DNA of 33,127 nucleotides from Betaproteobacteria bacterium RIFCSPLOWO2_02_FULL_65_20 (GCA_001770425.1 MEQZ01000014.1:5300-38426); one strand, 5' to 3'; positions 1-8,808 are shown, counted from the stretch's first letter. The notes: generated by a model not told the origin, from the letters alone. Numbers and translations: made by a program.

Positions 1-200
1 TCGGCCTCCGCGCGCGAAACGAAACGCGCCGAGCCCATGAACACGATGGTGTCGTCGATCTTGTGGTACTCGAAGCGGCTCTTGGGCTCCAGGTACTCGG
101 CCAGGATCCGCAGCGGCCGCGCCTCGCCGCTTTTCAGGAACGGCTCCTTGAGGTACGCCTTGACCGAATGGCGGCGCCTTTCCCTGCGTTTTTCATCCAT
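1..200 (-). CDS. LOG family (TIGR00730-like) protein, N-terminal part; runs off the window edge
   Basis: Manual translation from ATG 200: MDEKRRERRRHSVKAYLKEPFLKSGEARPLRILAEYLEPKSRFEYHKIDDTIVFMGSARFVSRAEA. The RILAEYLEP...TIVFMGSAR pattern is typical of long LOG-family proteins. RBS AAGGAG upstream. Not in the ORF track. Confidence 0.8.
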   Translation of the reverse strand, partial: MDEKRRERRRHSVKAYLKEPFLKSGEARPLRILAEYLEPKSRFEYHKIDDTIVFMGSARFVSRAEA

Positions 201-335
201 GGGACAACTCCTTGCGCAAGCGCTCCGCGGGCGGCGCTGCGCGCCGATGGGTGATTGCAGCCGGGGAACTCCAGCCCATGGTAGCAGCCGATCCGGCAAC
301 GCCCGCATGCGCATGGGTAGGCGCCCGACGGCCCC

Positions 336-346
336 TCAGAGCTTGT
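336..346. repeat. Left copy of 11-bp direct repeat TCAGAGCTTGT
   Basis: Identical 11-mer at 8798-8808. Both copies are intergenic and lie near the edges of the lower-GC block. Confidence 0.5.
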
Positions 347-367
347 ACCAAATCTGCCTCCGAATGC

Positions 368-769
368 TCAAGCGTCTGGCAGTGCGGCAATGGCGCTGAT
401 CTCGATCAGGTAATCGGGCGAGGTCATCTTGCAGACCTCGACCATGGTCGAAGCCGGTGCGGGTGGTTTGAAATATTCGCGGCGCACTTTATGGATCAGG
501 TCGAAATGCTCCATGTTCCGCACGTAGACGTCGACCCGGCAGATGTCGTCGAGCGTGCCCCCCGCCTCCTCGATAGCAGCCTTCAGGTTTTCGCACACCT
601 GGCGCGTTTGGGCTTCCACATCGCCGATTCCGGCTATGGAGCCGTCGGTGCGTCGCGCGGTCATGCCGGAGATGAAAACCAGTTTCCCTCGCGCCTCGAT
701 CATCGTGGCCTGCGAAAAGTGTCCGTTGGGCTGACGCAGCTTTGCGCTCGTTATCTGCTTCTTGGCCAT
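368..769 (-). CDS. Rid (YjgF/YER057c/UK114) family protein lacking the catalytic Arg
   Basis: 133 aa from ATG 769 (MAKKQITS...). Motifs FSQA, VFISG, AQTRQVCENL, PASTMVEV and LIEISAIA. Purine-rich RBS. Confidence 0.9.
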   Translation of the reverse strand: MAKKQITSAKLRQPNGHFSQATMIEARGKLVFISGMTARRTDGSIAGIGDVEAQTRQVCENLKAAIEEAGGTLDDICRVDVYVRNMEHFDLIHKVRREYFKPPAPASTMVEVCKMTSPDYLIEISAIAALPDA

Positions 770-795
770 CCGTTTCCCCCTGTTTCCTCGATTCA

Positions 796-1872
796 TCACT
801 CGCCCGCAAACACGCCCGTCCCGGTAACGCCCAGCTGCTGCGCCGTCTGCTTGAGCTCCTTCACAACCTCTGATGCCAGGGGGCACATACCACCGTTCTT
901 CTGCAGCACGCGCCATGCGGGCTCTCCGGGCGTAAAGATACGATCCACGCCCATAGAGCGTCTTGAATGCCGGACGCGCTCCGCAAAGCCGGTCACACGC
1001 GCCCGGAACTGTGCGGGCTCGCAAAAGCGCTTCACGTCGATTCCAAGAAAGAAATGGGCGCATGCGTACGGTTCGGAAGCATCTCCGTACAGAGGCTTCA
1101 CCTCCCCACCTATCGCGCCGCAAGACAACCCCCCGCAGAACAGGTCGATCATGAAAGCCAGTCCGAATCCCTTCGGGCCAGCAGCAGGCAACAGCATTCC
1201 CTTGATAGCCTCCGCGGGATCTGTGGTCGGTTGTCCCGAGGCGTCGGTCGCCCAACCCTCGGGAATGTGCTCTCCGGCAGCTTGCGCGAGCCGGATCTTT
1301 CCCATCGCACTTGCGCTCATCGCCATGTCGAGCAAGATGGGTGGCCCTGATTCCGACGGCATCGCAATGGCGATGGGGTTGTTGCCCACGACGCGCTCCG
1401 CACCCCCGGGCGCCGGCATCAACGGTCTTGTGTTCGACATCGCGACACCAATCCAGCCGTGGTCGGCAAGCATTTGAGCCCAGCGCCCCGCCGTCCCGAA
1501 ATGGAATCCGTTGCGCACCGCAACCGTAGCGATCCCATGCTCGGGAACCCGCTCCTTGAGGATGTCGATCGCCTGCTGAGAGGTAAGCTGCCCGAGTGCG
1601 TTTTGCGCATCCAGCACGACTGCGGAACCACGATCGCTGGCAACGCGCGCCTGCGTCCTCAGAGAAACCGATCCGCCGCGGATGCGCTCGATATACAGGG
1701 GAACAAGCGTCACGCCGTGCGACGCCTGGCCTTCCATGTCTGCAGCGACCAGCGCCTCGGCCACCAGCCTGCCCGAGGGTCGCGACACACCCGCGGCCAC
1801 TAACAATGCTGCCGCAAACTCGATTAACTCGGCCTCCGGAATGCAGATATCTGAACCTGTTTTCACGATCAT
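796..1872 (-). CDS. Ldh_2 family oxidoreductase (AllD/ComC/DpkA-like)
   Basis: Motifs ADMEGQASHGV, RNGFHFG, GNNPIAIA, LDMAMS, GQPTTDP and GPKGFGLA. Confidence 0.9.
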   Translation of the reverse strand: MIVKTGSDICIPEAELIEFAAALLVAAGVSRPSGRLVAEALVAADMEGQASHGVTLVPLYIERIRGGSVSLRTQARVASDRGSAVVLDAQNALGQLTSQQAIDILKERVPEHGIATVAVRNGFHFGTAGRWAQMLADHGWIGVAMSNTRPLMPAPGGAERVVGNNPIAIAMPSESGPPILLDMAMSASAMGKIRLAQAAGEHIPEGWATDASGQPTTDPAEAIKGMLLPAAGPKGFGLAFMIDLFCGGLSCGAIGGEVKPLYGDASEPYACAHFFLGIDVKRFCEPAQFRARVTGFAERVRHSRRSMGVDRIFTPGEPAWRVLQKNGGMCPLASEVVKELKQTAQQLGVTGTGVFAGE

Positions 1873-1959
1873 GTTCTGTCCGTTAGCCCTAAGATGCGTC
1901 CGGTACAGCGTGTCCGGGCGGCCATGCGGGACCGGGCATTGTTCGGCCAGATGCGCGAC

Positions 1960-2436
1960 CTAGCGCCTGGCACGCTTCGCAGAGCCGGACTTCTTCGCCT
2001 TGCTTGCAGACCGTTTTGCCGTCCTCGCCACCCTCGGCTTGCTCTTCTTCACGACGCTGCCCACGGTCGCGTCGGAGTGATACGAAGGTCGCTTGACATA
2101 GTGCGGCCCGTCGTACATCTCCAGAAGCAAGGACTCCTTGCGTGCCATCGTCGGGCCATGCGCATGTCCCTTGGGGTTCATGTAAAACGTGCCCGGCTTG
2201 AGCACGAGACCTGTAGACGTGTATTCGTATTCGCCCTTCAGGCAATACATGAACTGGTTCGACGCATGCTTGTGGCGGATCGGCACGCCCACGCCCTTGG
2301 GACAATGAAACAGCGCGATGCTCGCCCCGGTTTTCGGGTTTTCCCAAAGCGGATAAATCCGAAACCCCGCCGGTATGTTCCGCCATTTTTTTGGATCGAG
2401 TTCCGTGACCAGCAATTCCTTGGTTCTCTTCCTCAT
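1960..2436 (-). CDS. Cupin (ChrR/DAD/Dke1-like, 3-His type) with a Lys/Arg-rich C-terminal tail
   Basis: HKHASNQFMYCLKGEYEY and PGTFYMNPKGHAHGP cupin motifs. RBS AAGGAG. Confidence 0.8.
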   Translation of the reverse strand: MRKRTKELLVTELDPKKWRNIPAGFRIYPLWENPKTGASIALFHCPKGVGVPIRHKHASNQFMYCLKGEYEYTSTGLVLKPGTFYMNPKGHAHGPTMARKESLLLEMYDGPHYVKRPSYHSDATVGSVVKKSKPRVARTAKRSASKAKKSGSAKRARR

Positions 2437-2473
2437 CGCTGATTCTCCTTCAATTGATGGGTAAGGCTCGCTC

Positions 2474-3142
2474 TTACGATCTTCCGGCGGTCGCGCGTAG
2501 TGCTATTTCTATACCGTCGCAACTGGTCACCCGGCCGAAGTAGATCTCAACGTTCTTCAGCGTGGCGGCTTGCAGGTCTGGAAAGGTCGAAGCGACGCAA
2601 TCAGCCGGCACGATGATGTCATAATCGCGAAAGTAGGCATCGCGTATCGTCGACTCGACACAATAGTTGGTTGCGACACCTGTGACGATGAGCATCTGGA
2701 TCCCCAACATGCGCATTTTGGTGTCGAGGGTAGTGTCGAAGAAGCAGCTCGGCCGGTGCTTCTCGAATACATGATCCTCGGGCCTGAGTTCAGCCTGGAA
2801 TTCGCTGACGAGTTCAGCATCCCACGTGTCTCTCAGGCATGGGAAGTAGTTGCGCTTGTCCATGTGCGAAGGAATCTTGTGAATCCGCCGCGTTACGTCG
2901 TTCTGGAAATGAACCTGCCTCGACGCGAGAATCCGCAGGCCCGCGGCGCGACACAGTCGGACAATTCGTACGATATTCGGGACCACGGCTTGCTGACGTG
3001 TCGTATCGATGCCGGCCCGGGCCATTGCGCTATCCTTGTGGCAGAAGCCGTTCTGTATGTCGACGACGAGGAGCGCGGTATCTTTTCGGTCAATCGTGAA
3101 ATCGAGGGAGAGAGCGCCTGCATCGCTTTCGTTCTTGATCAT
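2474..3142 (-). CDS. Cysteine hydrolase (isochorismatase/RutB-like amidohydrolase)
   Basis: Asp-Lys-Cys triad: VVDIQNGF, EKHRPSCF, GVATNYCVESTIRDA. Start placed at ATG 3142 behind AGGAG; the ORF track extends to 3259. Confidence 0.9.
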   Translation of the reverse strand: MIKNESDAGALSLDFTIDRKDTALLVVDIQNGFCHKDSAMARAGIDTTRQQAVVPNIVRIVRLCRAAGLRILASRQVHFQNDVTRRIHKIPSHMDKRNYFPCLRDTWDAELVSEFQAELRPEDHVFEKHRPSCFFDTTLDTKMRMLGIQMLIVTGVATNYCVESTIRDAYFRDYDIIVPADCVASTFPDLQAATLKNVEIYFGRVTSCDGIEIALRATAGRS

Positions 3143-3240
3143 AATAGGCTCCTGTTCTGGTTCTTGTCTTCGATCGGCCAGCATTTCCGTGCCGCGCCCT
3201 CCGAAACTGTTGACGAGGATTCTATATGAGGTCGATGAAA

Positions 3241-4920
3241 ATGCCATCGCGCGGTTCAAAACCCAAGTACGACCTAGTCATCGAGAAAGACGTCGAGATC
3301 CCGATGCGCGACGGCGCCGTCCTGCGCGGCGATGTGTTTCGGCCGAAGTCGGCACAGCGCGCTCCGGTGATCATGAATCTCGGCGCCTACCAGAAGGACA
3401 AGATCTGGCTGCCGCCGGACGAGGTCGACGAAAGGGCCAATCCCCACATGAACTGGGAGACGGCCAATCCACTTTGGTGGGTACCGAGAGGGTACGCGCT
3501 GGTGCGAGTCGACTCACGTGGCTCGGGCAAGTCCCCGGGACTCAACAATCCTTGGTCCCCTTCCGAAGCACGGGATTTCTACGATGCCATTGAGTGGGTC
3601 GCCAGAGCGCCGTGGTGCAACGGACGTGTGGGCACGCTGGGTATCTCCTACTACGCAATGAACCAATGGCTGGTAGCGAATCTGCGTCCGCCTTCCCTCA
3701 AAGCGATGATTCCCTGGGAAGGGGCGGCAGACATGTATCGCGATTTCGCGTACCACGGCGGCCTGTTCAGTTTCGGGTTCGCCGTAAACTGGTATCACGC
3801 ACAGGTCGCCCACCACAGGCTCGGCAAGCCCAGGTCGACGTCGCCGGATGGGTTCTCCAGCCCCTGGCTGCTCGAATACCTGCGGGAGAACCTGGATAGC
3901 GAGTGGTATTTCGGGAGACAGGCGCGCTGGAGTGAAATCGACATTCCGTTCCTCTCGGCCGGCAACTGGAGCGGCATGGGACTGCACCTGCGCGGAAATT
4001 GCGAGGCCTTCACACGCGCGGCGTCGCGGCACAAGTGGCTGCGAATCGATACAGGCACCCACTATGGCCCTTTCTACAGCGAGGAGGGCCGACAAGACCA
4101 GTTGCGCTTTTTCGACTATTGGCTCAAGGGCGTCGAGACAGCGCTGCTCAAGGAACCCCGAATAAAGTTGCGCATTCGAAAGGGCGGCAAAGACAACTAC
4201 GAATGGCGCCATGAAAGGAACTGGCCGCTCAAGCGCACGCGCTGGACCCGGTTTTACCTGAACCCTGTGAAGGTACCCGCCCGCCAAGATGCCGACGGCA
4301 CGCTCACGATTCTCGCGCCGCGCAAGGCAACATCGCTCACCTACTGGTCAAACGGACTGGCGCAACCTGGTCTCGGAACGCCAACTTGGATGAGCGGCAT
4401 GATCGGAAAGAGCAGTCCGCGCACGGGCATTTCATTTGAAACGGCACCGCTCGATCGGAATACCGAGATCACCGGCCCGGTAGCGCTTGTGCTCTGGGTC
4501 GCCAGCGGCACAGAGGACATGGATATCTACGCGACCATTCGCAACATCGATGCAGACGGAAACGACGTCTTCGAACAGGGGCAGCAAGGCCAACCGGTAC
4601 CGGTTGCCAAGGGATGGCTACGCGCCTCCCACCGCAAGCTCGACCCTAATCTCACTCTGCCCTATAGGCCATATCACGCCCACACCGAGCGACTCTGGCT
4701 CAAGCCTGGTGAACCGGTAAGAGTCGAGGTGGAAATATGGCCCACGTGCATGGTCTTCGCCAAGGGTCACCGGATCCGCCTCGATATCCAGCCGCGGGAC
4801 GGCATCGGCAGTGCACCCTACACGCACTATTCGGCAGACTACAACTGCGCGACAAATACAGTGTTTGCAGGAGGAAGCCGGGCGTCTTACCTCCTGCTCC
4901 CCCTCATCGCAGACCGCTGA
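3241..4920 (+). CDS. CocE/NonD family serine hydrolase (peptidase S15-like)
   Basis: IPMRDGAVLRGDVFRP, VDSRGSGKS, GISYYA nucleophile elbow, and C-terminal EITGP / GWLRASHR / GHRIRLDI domain. Alternative starts at 3226 and 3235. Confidence 0.9.
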   Translation: MPSRGSKPKYDLVIEKDVEIPMRDGAVLRGDVFRPKSAQRAPVIMNLGAYQKDKIWLPPDEVDERANPHMNWETANPLWWVPRGYALVRVDSRGSGKSPGLNNPWSPSEARDFYDAIEWVARAPWCNGRVGTLGISYYAMNQWLVANLRPPSLKAMIPWEGAADMYRDFAYHGGLFSFGFAVNWYHAQVAHHRLGKPRSTSPDGFSSPWLLEYLRENLDSEWYFGRQARWSEIDIPFLSAGNWSGMGLHLRGNCEAFTRAASRHKWLRIDTGTHYGPFYSEEGRQDQLRFFDYWLKGVETALLKEPRIKLRIRKGGKDNYEWRHERNWPLKRTRWTRFYLNPVKVPARQDADGTLTILAPRKATSLTYWSNGLAQPGLGTPTWMSGMIGKSSPRTGISFETAPLDRNTEITGPVALVLWVASGTEDMDIYATIRNIDADGNDVFEQGQQGQPVPVAKGWLRASHRKLDPNLTLPYRPYHAHTERLWLKPGEPVRVEVEIWPTCMVFAKGHRIRLDIQPRDGIGSAPYTHYSADYNCATNTVFAGGSRASYLLLPLIADR

Positions 4921-4949
4921 GAGCCGCCCGTTAAGCAGCGGCTACGCGC

Positions 4950-5918
4950 CTATTCGGGCTGGATACCCGCCAGGCGAGCCCCTTCGGTCCAGCGGTCGAC
5001 TTCGCGCTTCAGAAACGCCGCGAATTCTTCGGGCTGTGATCCGACCGTATCGACACCCGAGGTGGCAAATCGGTTGTGCACCTCGGGCATGCGCAGGACA
5101 GCGACAATATCCGCGTTGATCTTGCGCACCAGTGCGGGGGGCATTCCAGCCGGACCAAATACGCCCTGCCACGGCTGCACGTCGAAGCCTGGGACGCCGC
5201 CCTCGGCAACCGTTGGTAACTCGGGGACCAGCGGCGCGCGAACCGAACCTGTGACGGCGATGCCAACGACCCGGCCAGCCTTGATCTGCGGGAGGACGGT
5301 AGGCAGATCGCCGATGATCATCTGCACCTGCCCCTGGATCACGTCGTTCAGGGCCTGGGCGGTGCCCTTGTAAGGCACATGCAACATCTTCAAATCCAAT
5401 GCCGAGCCCAGCAGTTCAAACGCAAGATGGGACGTGCCACCGATACCCGAGGACCCGTAGGACACCTTGCCCGGCCGGGCCTTTATGTAGTCCCTCAACG
5501 CGCGAAACGTATTCACACCAAGCGACGGGTGCACCGCTAGTACCCAATTTGCACGCGTGACCTGGGTAATCGGCGTGAAATCCTTCAGGGGGTCGTAGAG
5601 CATCTTCTTGATGCTCCCCACGTTCATCGCGTGGGACTGGATCGTGCCCACCACGAGCGTATAACCGTCCGCTGGCGCCTTCGCCACGGCATCCCCGCCT
5701 ATCATTCCGGACGCACCAGGCTTGTTATCGACCACGACCGATTGACCCCACCGTTCCTGGAGCTTCGGTTGCAGCAGTCTAGTAGTGAAATCAACGGGCC
5801 CGCCAGGGGGATACGGGACTACCACCCGGACCGGCTTCTGGGGGAAGCCCTGCGCGCCGACAAGTCCTGCCGAAAGGAAAAGAATCCATACGGAAATTCG
5901 GATTGCGAAAGAAAACAT
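4950..5918 (-). CDS. Bug/TctC tripartite tricarboxylate transporter solute-binding protein
   Basis: Signal peptide; VVVPYPPGGPVD, DNKPGASG, ADGYTL, YGSSGIGG, HVPYKG. RBS AAAGGAG before ATG 5918. Confidence 0.92.
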   Translation of the reverse strand: MFSFAIRISVWILFLSAGLVGAQGFPQKPVRVVVPYPPGGPVDFTTRLLQPKLQERWGQSVVVDNKPGASGMIGGDAVAKAPADGYTLVVGTIQSHAMNVGSIKKMLYDPLKDFTPITQVTRANWVLAVHPSLGVNTFRALRDYIKARPGKVSYGSSGIGGTSHLAFELLGSALDLKMLHVPYKGTAQALNDVIQGQVQMIIGDLPTVLPQIKAGRVVGIAVTGSVRAPLVPELPTVAEGGVPGFDVQPWQGVFGPAGMPPALVRKINADIVAVLRMPEVHNRFATSGVDTVGSQPEEFAAFLKREVDRWTEGARLAGIQPE

Positions 5919-6299
5919 GTGCGCTCCTTTCATCTCATACGATTCAGCTTCCTGCGTCATTTTGCTCCCGTATCGTACCGCTGCCTATGCAGATCTTCTC
6001 GCCAAAGCAGGTCGGTATCTGCGATGGAGCTTCTGCACGCCGCAATCGGAATGCCGATCGGTGAAATATACATCCAATTGGGTGCCTTGCAGCAACGTCA
6101 GGACGGTTGCGCGGTTGCAGTCGGGGGGTGCCGTGCACTGCGGCCCGGCAATTTCCGCCAAAGAATTTGCGCCCAATCCGGGTCCGGAAGCCCTTGCACC
6201 AGTCGACACCAGCTTCGGCGTTCACGCCTCCAGGGGAGGCGCTGTCCGGGACGAATTCGAACCGGATTAAGGAGCGCCCGCGCGCATTCGCGTTTGTAT

Positions 6300-6325
6300 G
6301 TGATCGGATTGAAGCTTCCGATCAC
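6300..6325. promoter_or_regulatory. 9-bp inverted repeat (candidate operator) in AT-rich divergent promoter region
   Basis: GTGATCGGA-N8-TCCGATCAC between the two divergent Bug genes. Line 6301-6360 is only 22/60 G+C. Confidence 0.4.
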
Positions 6326-6490
6326 TTTATGCAGTTAAGTAAAGTAGAATCGAATGTGTATTCAAGTGAAGAGGACTCGATAATGAACTCATGGTCAATT
6401 AAGTGTCGTCCGGCACATGCTCAGATATCCAATTGCGGCGCCAAGACGCGCGTCCTGCCGTTGACCACCCGCATCGAAGGAGCACTTATC

Positions 6491-7474
6491 GTGACGCGCC
6501 TTCGAACAGGAGTGGTGAGGTCGCTGTTCCTTGCCGCTGCCCTGCTTGCTCAGGGCGCGGCGTTCGCACAGACCTATCCCGACAAACCGATCCGGATCGT
6601 GGTGCCTTATCCGCCTTCCGGAGTGAACGACATCGTCGCGCGCGCGCTCGCCGTCCGGGTTACAGAAAGTATCGGCCAGCCGGTATTGGTTGAGAATCGA
6701 CCGGGCGCATCGGGCAAGGTCGGCACCGAGTACGTCGCCAGGGCCGCCGCGGATGGCTACACCGTGTTGGTAGGCGGTACCGGTACTCATTCGATCAATC
6801 CGGCACTGAACCCCAAGCTGAGCTACGATCCGGTGCGCGATTTCGCCCCGATCACGCTGCTCTCCACCTACTCCATGGTACTCGTGGTGAACCCCTCGCT
6901 GCCGGTCGCTACCGTCTCGGAACTGATCGCATGGGCGAAGGCCCGGCCCGGAGTGTTGACGGTGGCCTCGGCCGGCGCCGGCGGCGCCCAGCATCTCGCC
7001 TGGGAGATGTTCCGCCTAGCCACCGGCTTGGAGGGTGTGCACGTGCCCTACAAGGGCAGCGTTCCGGCGCTGAACGACGTTGTCGGCGGACAAGTGCAGG
7101 CCATGATCGACCTGCTCGCCTCCGCGGTGCCAATGGTCCGCGCCGGCAAGTTGCGCGCGCTAGCTGTCACCAGCAGCTCGCGCGTGGCCAGCCTGCCCGA
7201 TGTGCCGACATTCGCCGAAGCGGGCGTACCGAACTACGTCGTGGTCAACTGGAACGGACTGTTCGCGCCAGCAGGCACCCCCAGGCCGGCGATCGAGCGG
7301 TTGAACGCGGAGTTCGTGCGTGCGCTCAATATTCCGGAAGTTCGCAGGCTGTTGGTCACGCGGAACGCGGACCCGGGCGGCGGGACGCCGGAGGAGTTCG
7401 GTACCTGGGTACGCGACCAATTGCAGCGATGGACGAAAGTTATCCGAGAAGCTGGGATCAGCCCCACATCCTAA
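6491..7474 (+). CDS. Bug/TctC tripartite tricarboxylate transporter solute-binding protein
   Basis: GTG start behind GAAGGAG; signal peptide ending AAFA-Q; IVVPYPPSGVND, ENRPGASG, ADGYTV, HVPYKG. Confidence 0.92.
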   Translation: MTRLRTGVVRSLFLAAALLAQGAAFAQTYPDKPIRIVVPYPPSGVNDIVARALAVRVTESIGQPVLVENRPGASGKVGTEYVARAAADGYTVLVGGTGTHSINPALNPKLSYDPVRDFAPITLLSTYSMVLVVNPSLPVATVSELIAWAKARPGVLTVASAGAGGAQHLAWEMFRLATGLEGVHVPYKGSVPALNDVVGGQVQAMIDLLASAVPMVRAGKLRALAVTSSSRVASLPDVPTFAEAGVPNYVVVNWNGLFAPAGTPRPAIERLNAEFVRALNIPEVRRLLVTRNADPGGGTPEEFGTWVRDQLQRWTKVIREAGISPTS

Positions 7475-7611
7475 TATCCAAAACTGGGGTGCCATCGCAG
7501 GCATCGGCTCGTGCCCGGACCTGCGCGGCTCGTTTCCTACGGAGTACGTCGAATCGACCCGGCGGAGCGCGTAGCATCCGGTCAAATATGAACCTTGATT
7601 GAAGGAGTGCG

Positions 7612-8754
7612 ATGAGCCACTGTGTGGGCGTGCGCGAGGTCGGTTATCTGGACTGCGCGGGCGGCGGCCAGATAATGGTGGAAGGCAATTACGCCTACAT
7701 CGGACATATCACCGGGCCGGAGGGAACCAGTATCGTCGACGTGCGTGATCCTGGACATCCCAAGGTCGTCGCCGAATTGAGCATCGAAACGGGTTTGCAC
7801 TCGCACAAGGTACGCGTGGCAAACGGCATCATGCTCATCAATCGCGAAGTCGACCCGGCCACGAGAGCGACGACTGGACACGCTCCGCAGGGCGGCCTCG
7901 TAATATACGACGTCTCTGACCCTCGCCATCCGCACGAGATCCTGTTTTGGAAATGTGCCGGGTCCGGCGTGCACCGCTTCACCTTCGATGGCCGCTATGC
8001 CTACATATCTCCGGAGATGGAAGGCTACCGAGGCAACATCGTCGTGATCCTGGACCTCGCCGATCCGGCGAAGCCGGTTGAAGCAGCACGCTGGTGGATG
8101 CCGGGACAATGGACCGCCGGCGGCGAGAAACCTTCGTGGAAGGAGGAGGGTTCCCGCGCGCCGCGCTGCCACCATCCCATCCGAATGCGGGACAGGCTCT
8201 ACGTAAGCTACTGGCACGGCGGTGGATTCATTCTGGACATCGCCGACCTGTCCCGACCCAGGGTGCTCTCATCGATAGACTGGGGCTCGACTTTCCCGTG
8301 GCCGATGCACTCGCTGGTACCTGTACCGTTCCCGATCCATGGCCATCGCTGGATGCTGATCGCCGATGAGGACGTCCTGCCCCGCACTGCGTGCATCCCG
8401 TCCCGCATGCCTGCGTTCCTTTGGATGGTCAACATCACGGACGAAACGAAGCCCATTCCGGTGGGTAGCTTCCAGGTCGAAGGACTAGACGGCGGGGAAC
8501 ACCCAACGCAGACCGGATGCCATCAGCCGGTGGAGAACATTCGCGGCACCGAAGTGCCGTGCGCATGGTTCGCTAAGGGCCTGCGCATTGTGGACATATC
8601 CAACCCGCATACCCTGCGCGAGGTGGCCTCATACATGCCTGACCCGGCGCCCGGCGCAAACAAAGTCAGCAGCAACGACGTGTTCATGGACGATCGCGGG
8701 CTGATCTACTTGATCGACCGCATACGGGGTCTGCATATTGTCGAGCGCCTATGA
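7612..8754 (+). CDS. LVIVD-repeat (beta-propeller) protein
   Basis: Repeated GTSIVDV / GLVIYDVSDP / VILDLADP / GFILDIAD / GLRIVDISNP blades. RBS GAAGGAG. No signal peptide. Confidence 0.85.
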   Translation: MSHCVGVREVGYLDCAGGGQIMVEGNYAYIGHITGPEGTSIVDVRDPGHPKVVAELSIETGLHSHKVRVANGIMLINREVDPATRATTGHAPQGGLVIYDVSDPRHPHEILFWKCAGSGVHRFTFDGRYAYISPEMEGYRGNIVVILDLADPAKPVEAARWWMPGQWTAGGEKPSWKEEGSRAPRCHHPIRMRDRLYVSYWHGGGFILDIADLSRPRVLSSIDWGSTFPWPMHSLVPVPFPIHGHRWMLIADEDVLPRTACIPSRMPAFLWMVNITDETKPIPVGSFQVEGLDGGEHPTQTGCHQPVENIRGTEVPCAWFAKGLRIVDISNPHTLREVASYMPDPAPGANKVSSNDVFMDDRGLIYLIDRIRGLHIVERL

Positions 8755-8797
8755 GTGCATCGGTGACCGCGCGGCTGGAGCCCCTGAAAACCTCCAG

Positions 8798-8808
8798 TCA
8801 GAGCTTGT
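8798..8808. repeat. Right copy of 11-bp direct repeat TCAGAGCTTGT
   Basis: Identical to 336-346. Immediately preceded by the hairpin CTGGAG...CTCCAG (8775-8797). Confidence 0.5.

Noticed and set aside
201-367. Possible tRNA or riboswitch at the left island border
   Set aside because: No cloverleaf, T-loop or recognisable aptamer by eye; an Infernal search would be needed to exclude it fully.
368-3142. rut pyrimidine-degradation operon
   Set aside because: No rutA/rutF/rutR, and the Rid protein lacks the Arg found in RutC.
6107-6490. N-terminal extensions in the ORF track for the second Bug gene (similarly for the Rid, ThDP and GGDEF-EAL ORFs)
   Set aside because: Downstream starts have clear RBS or stop/start coupling and give family-typical lengths.
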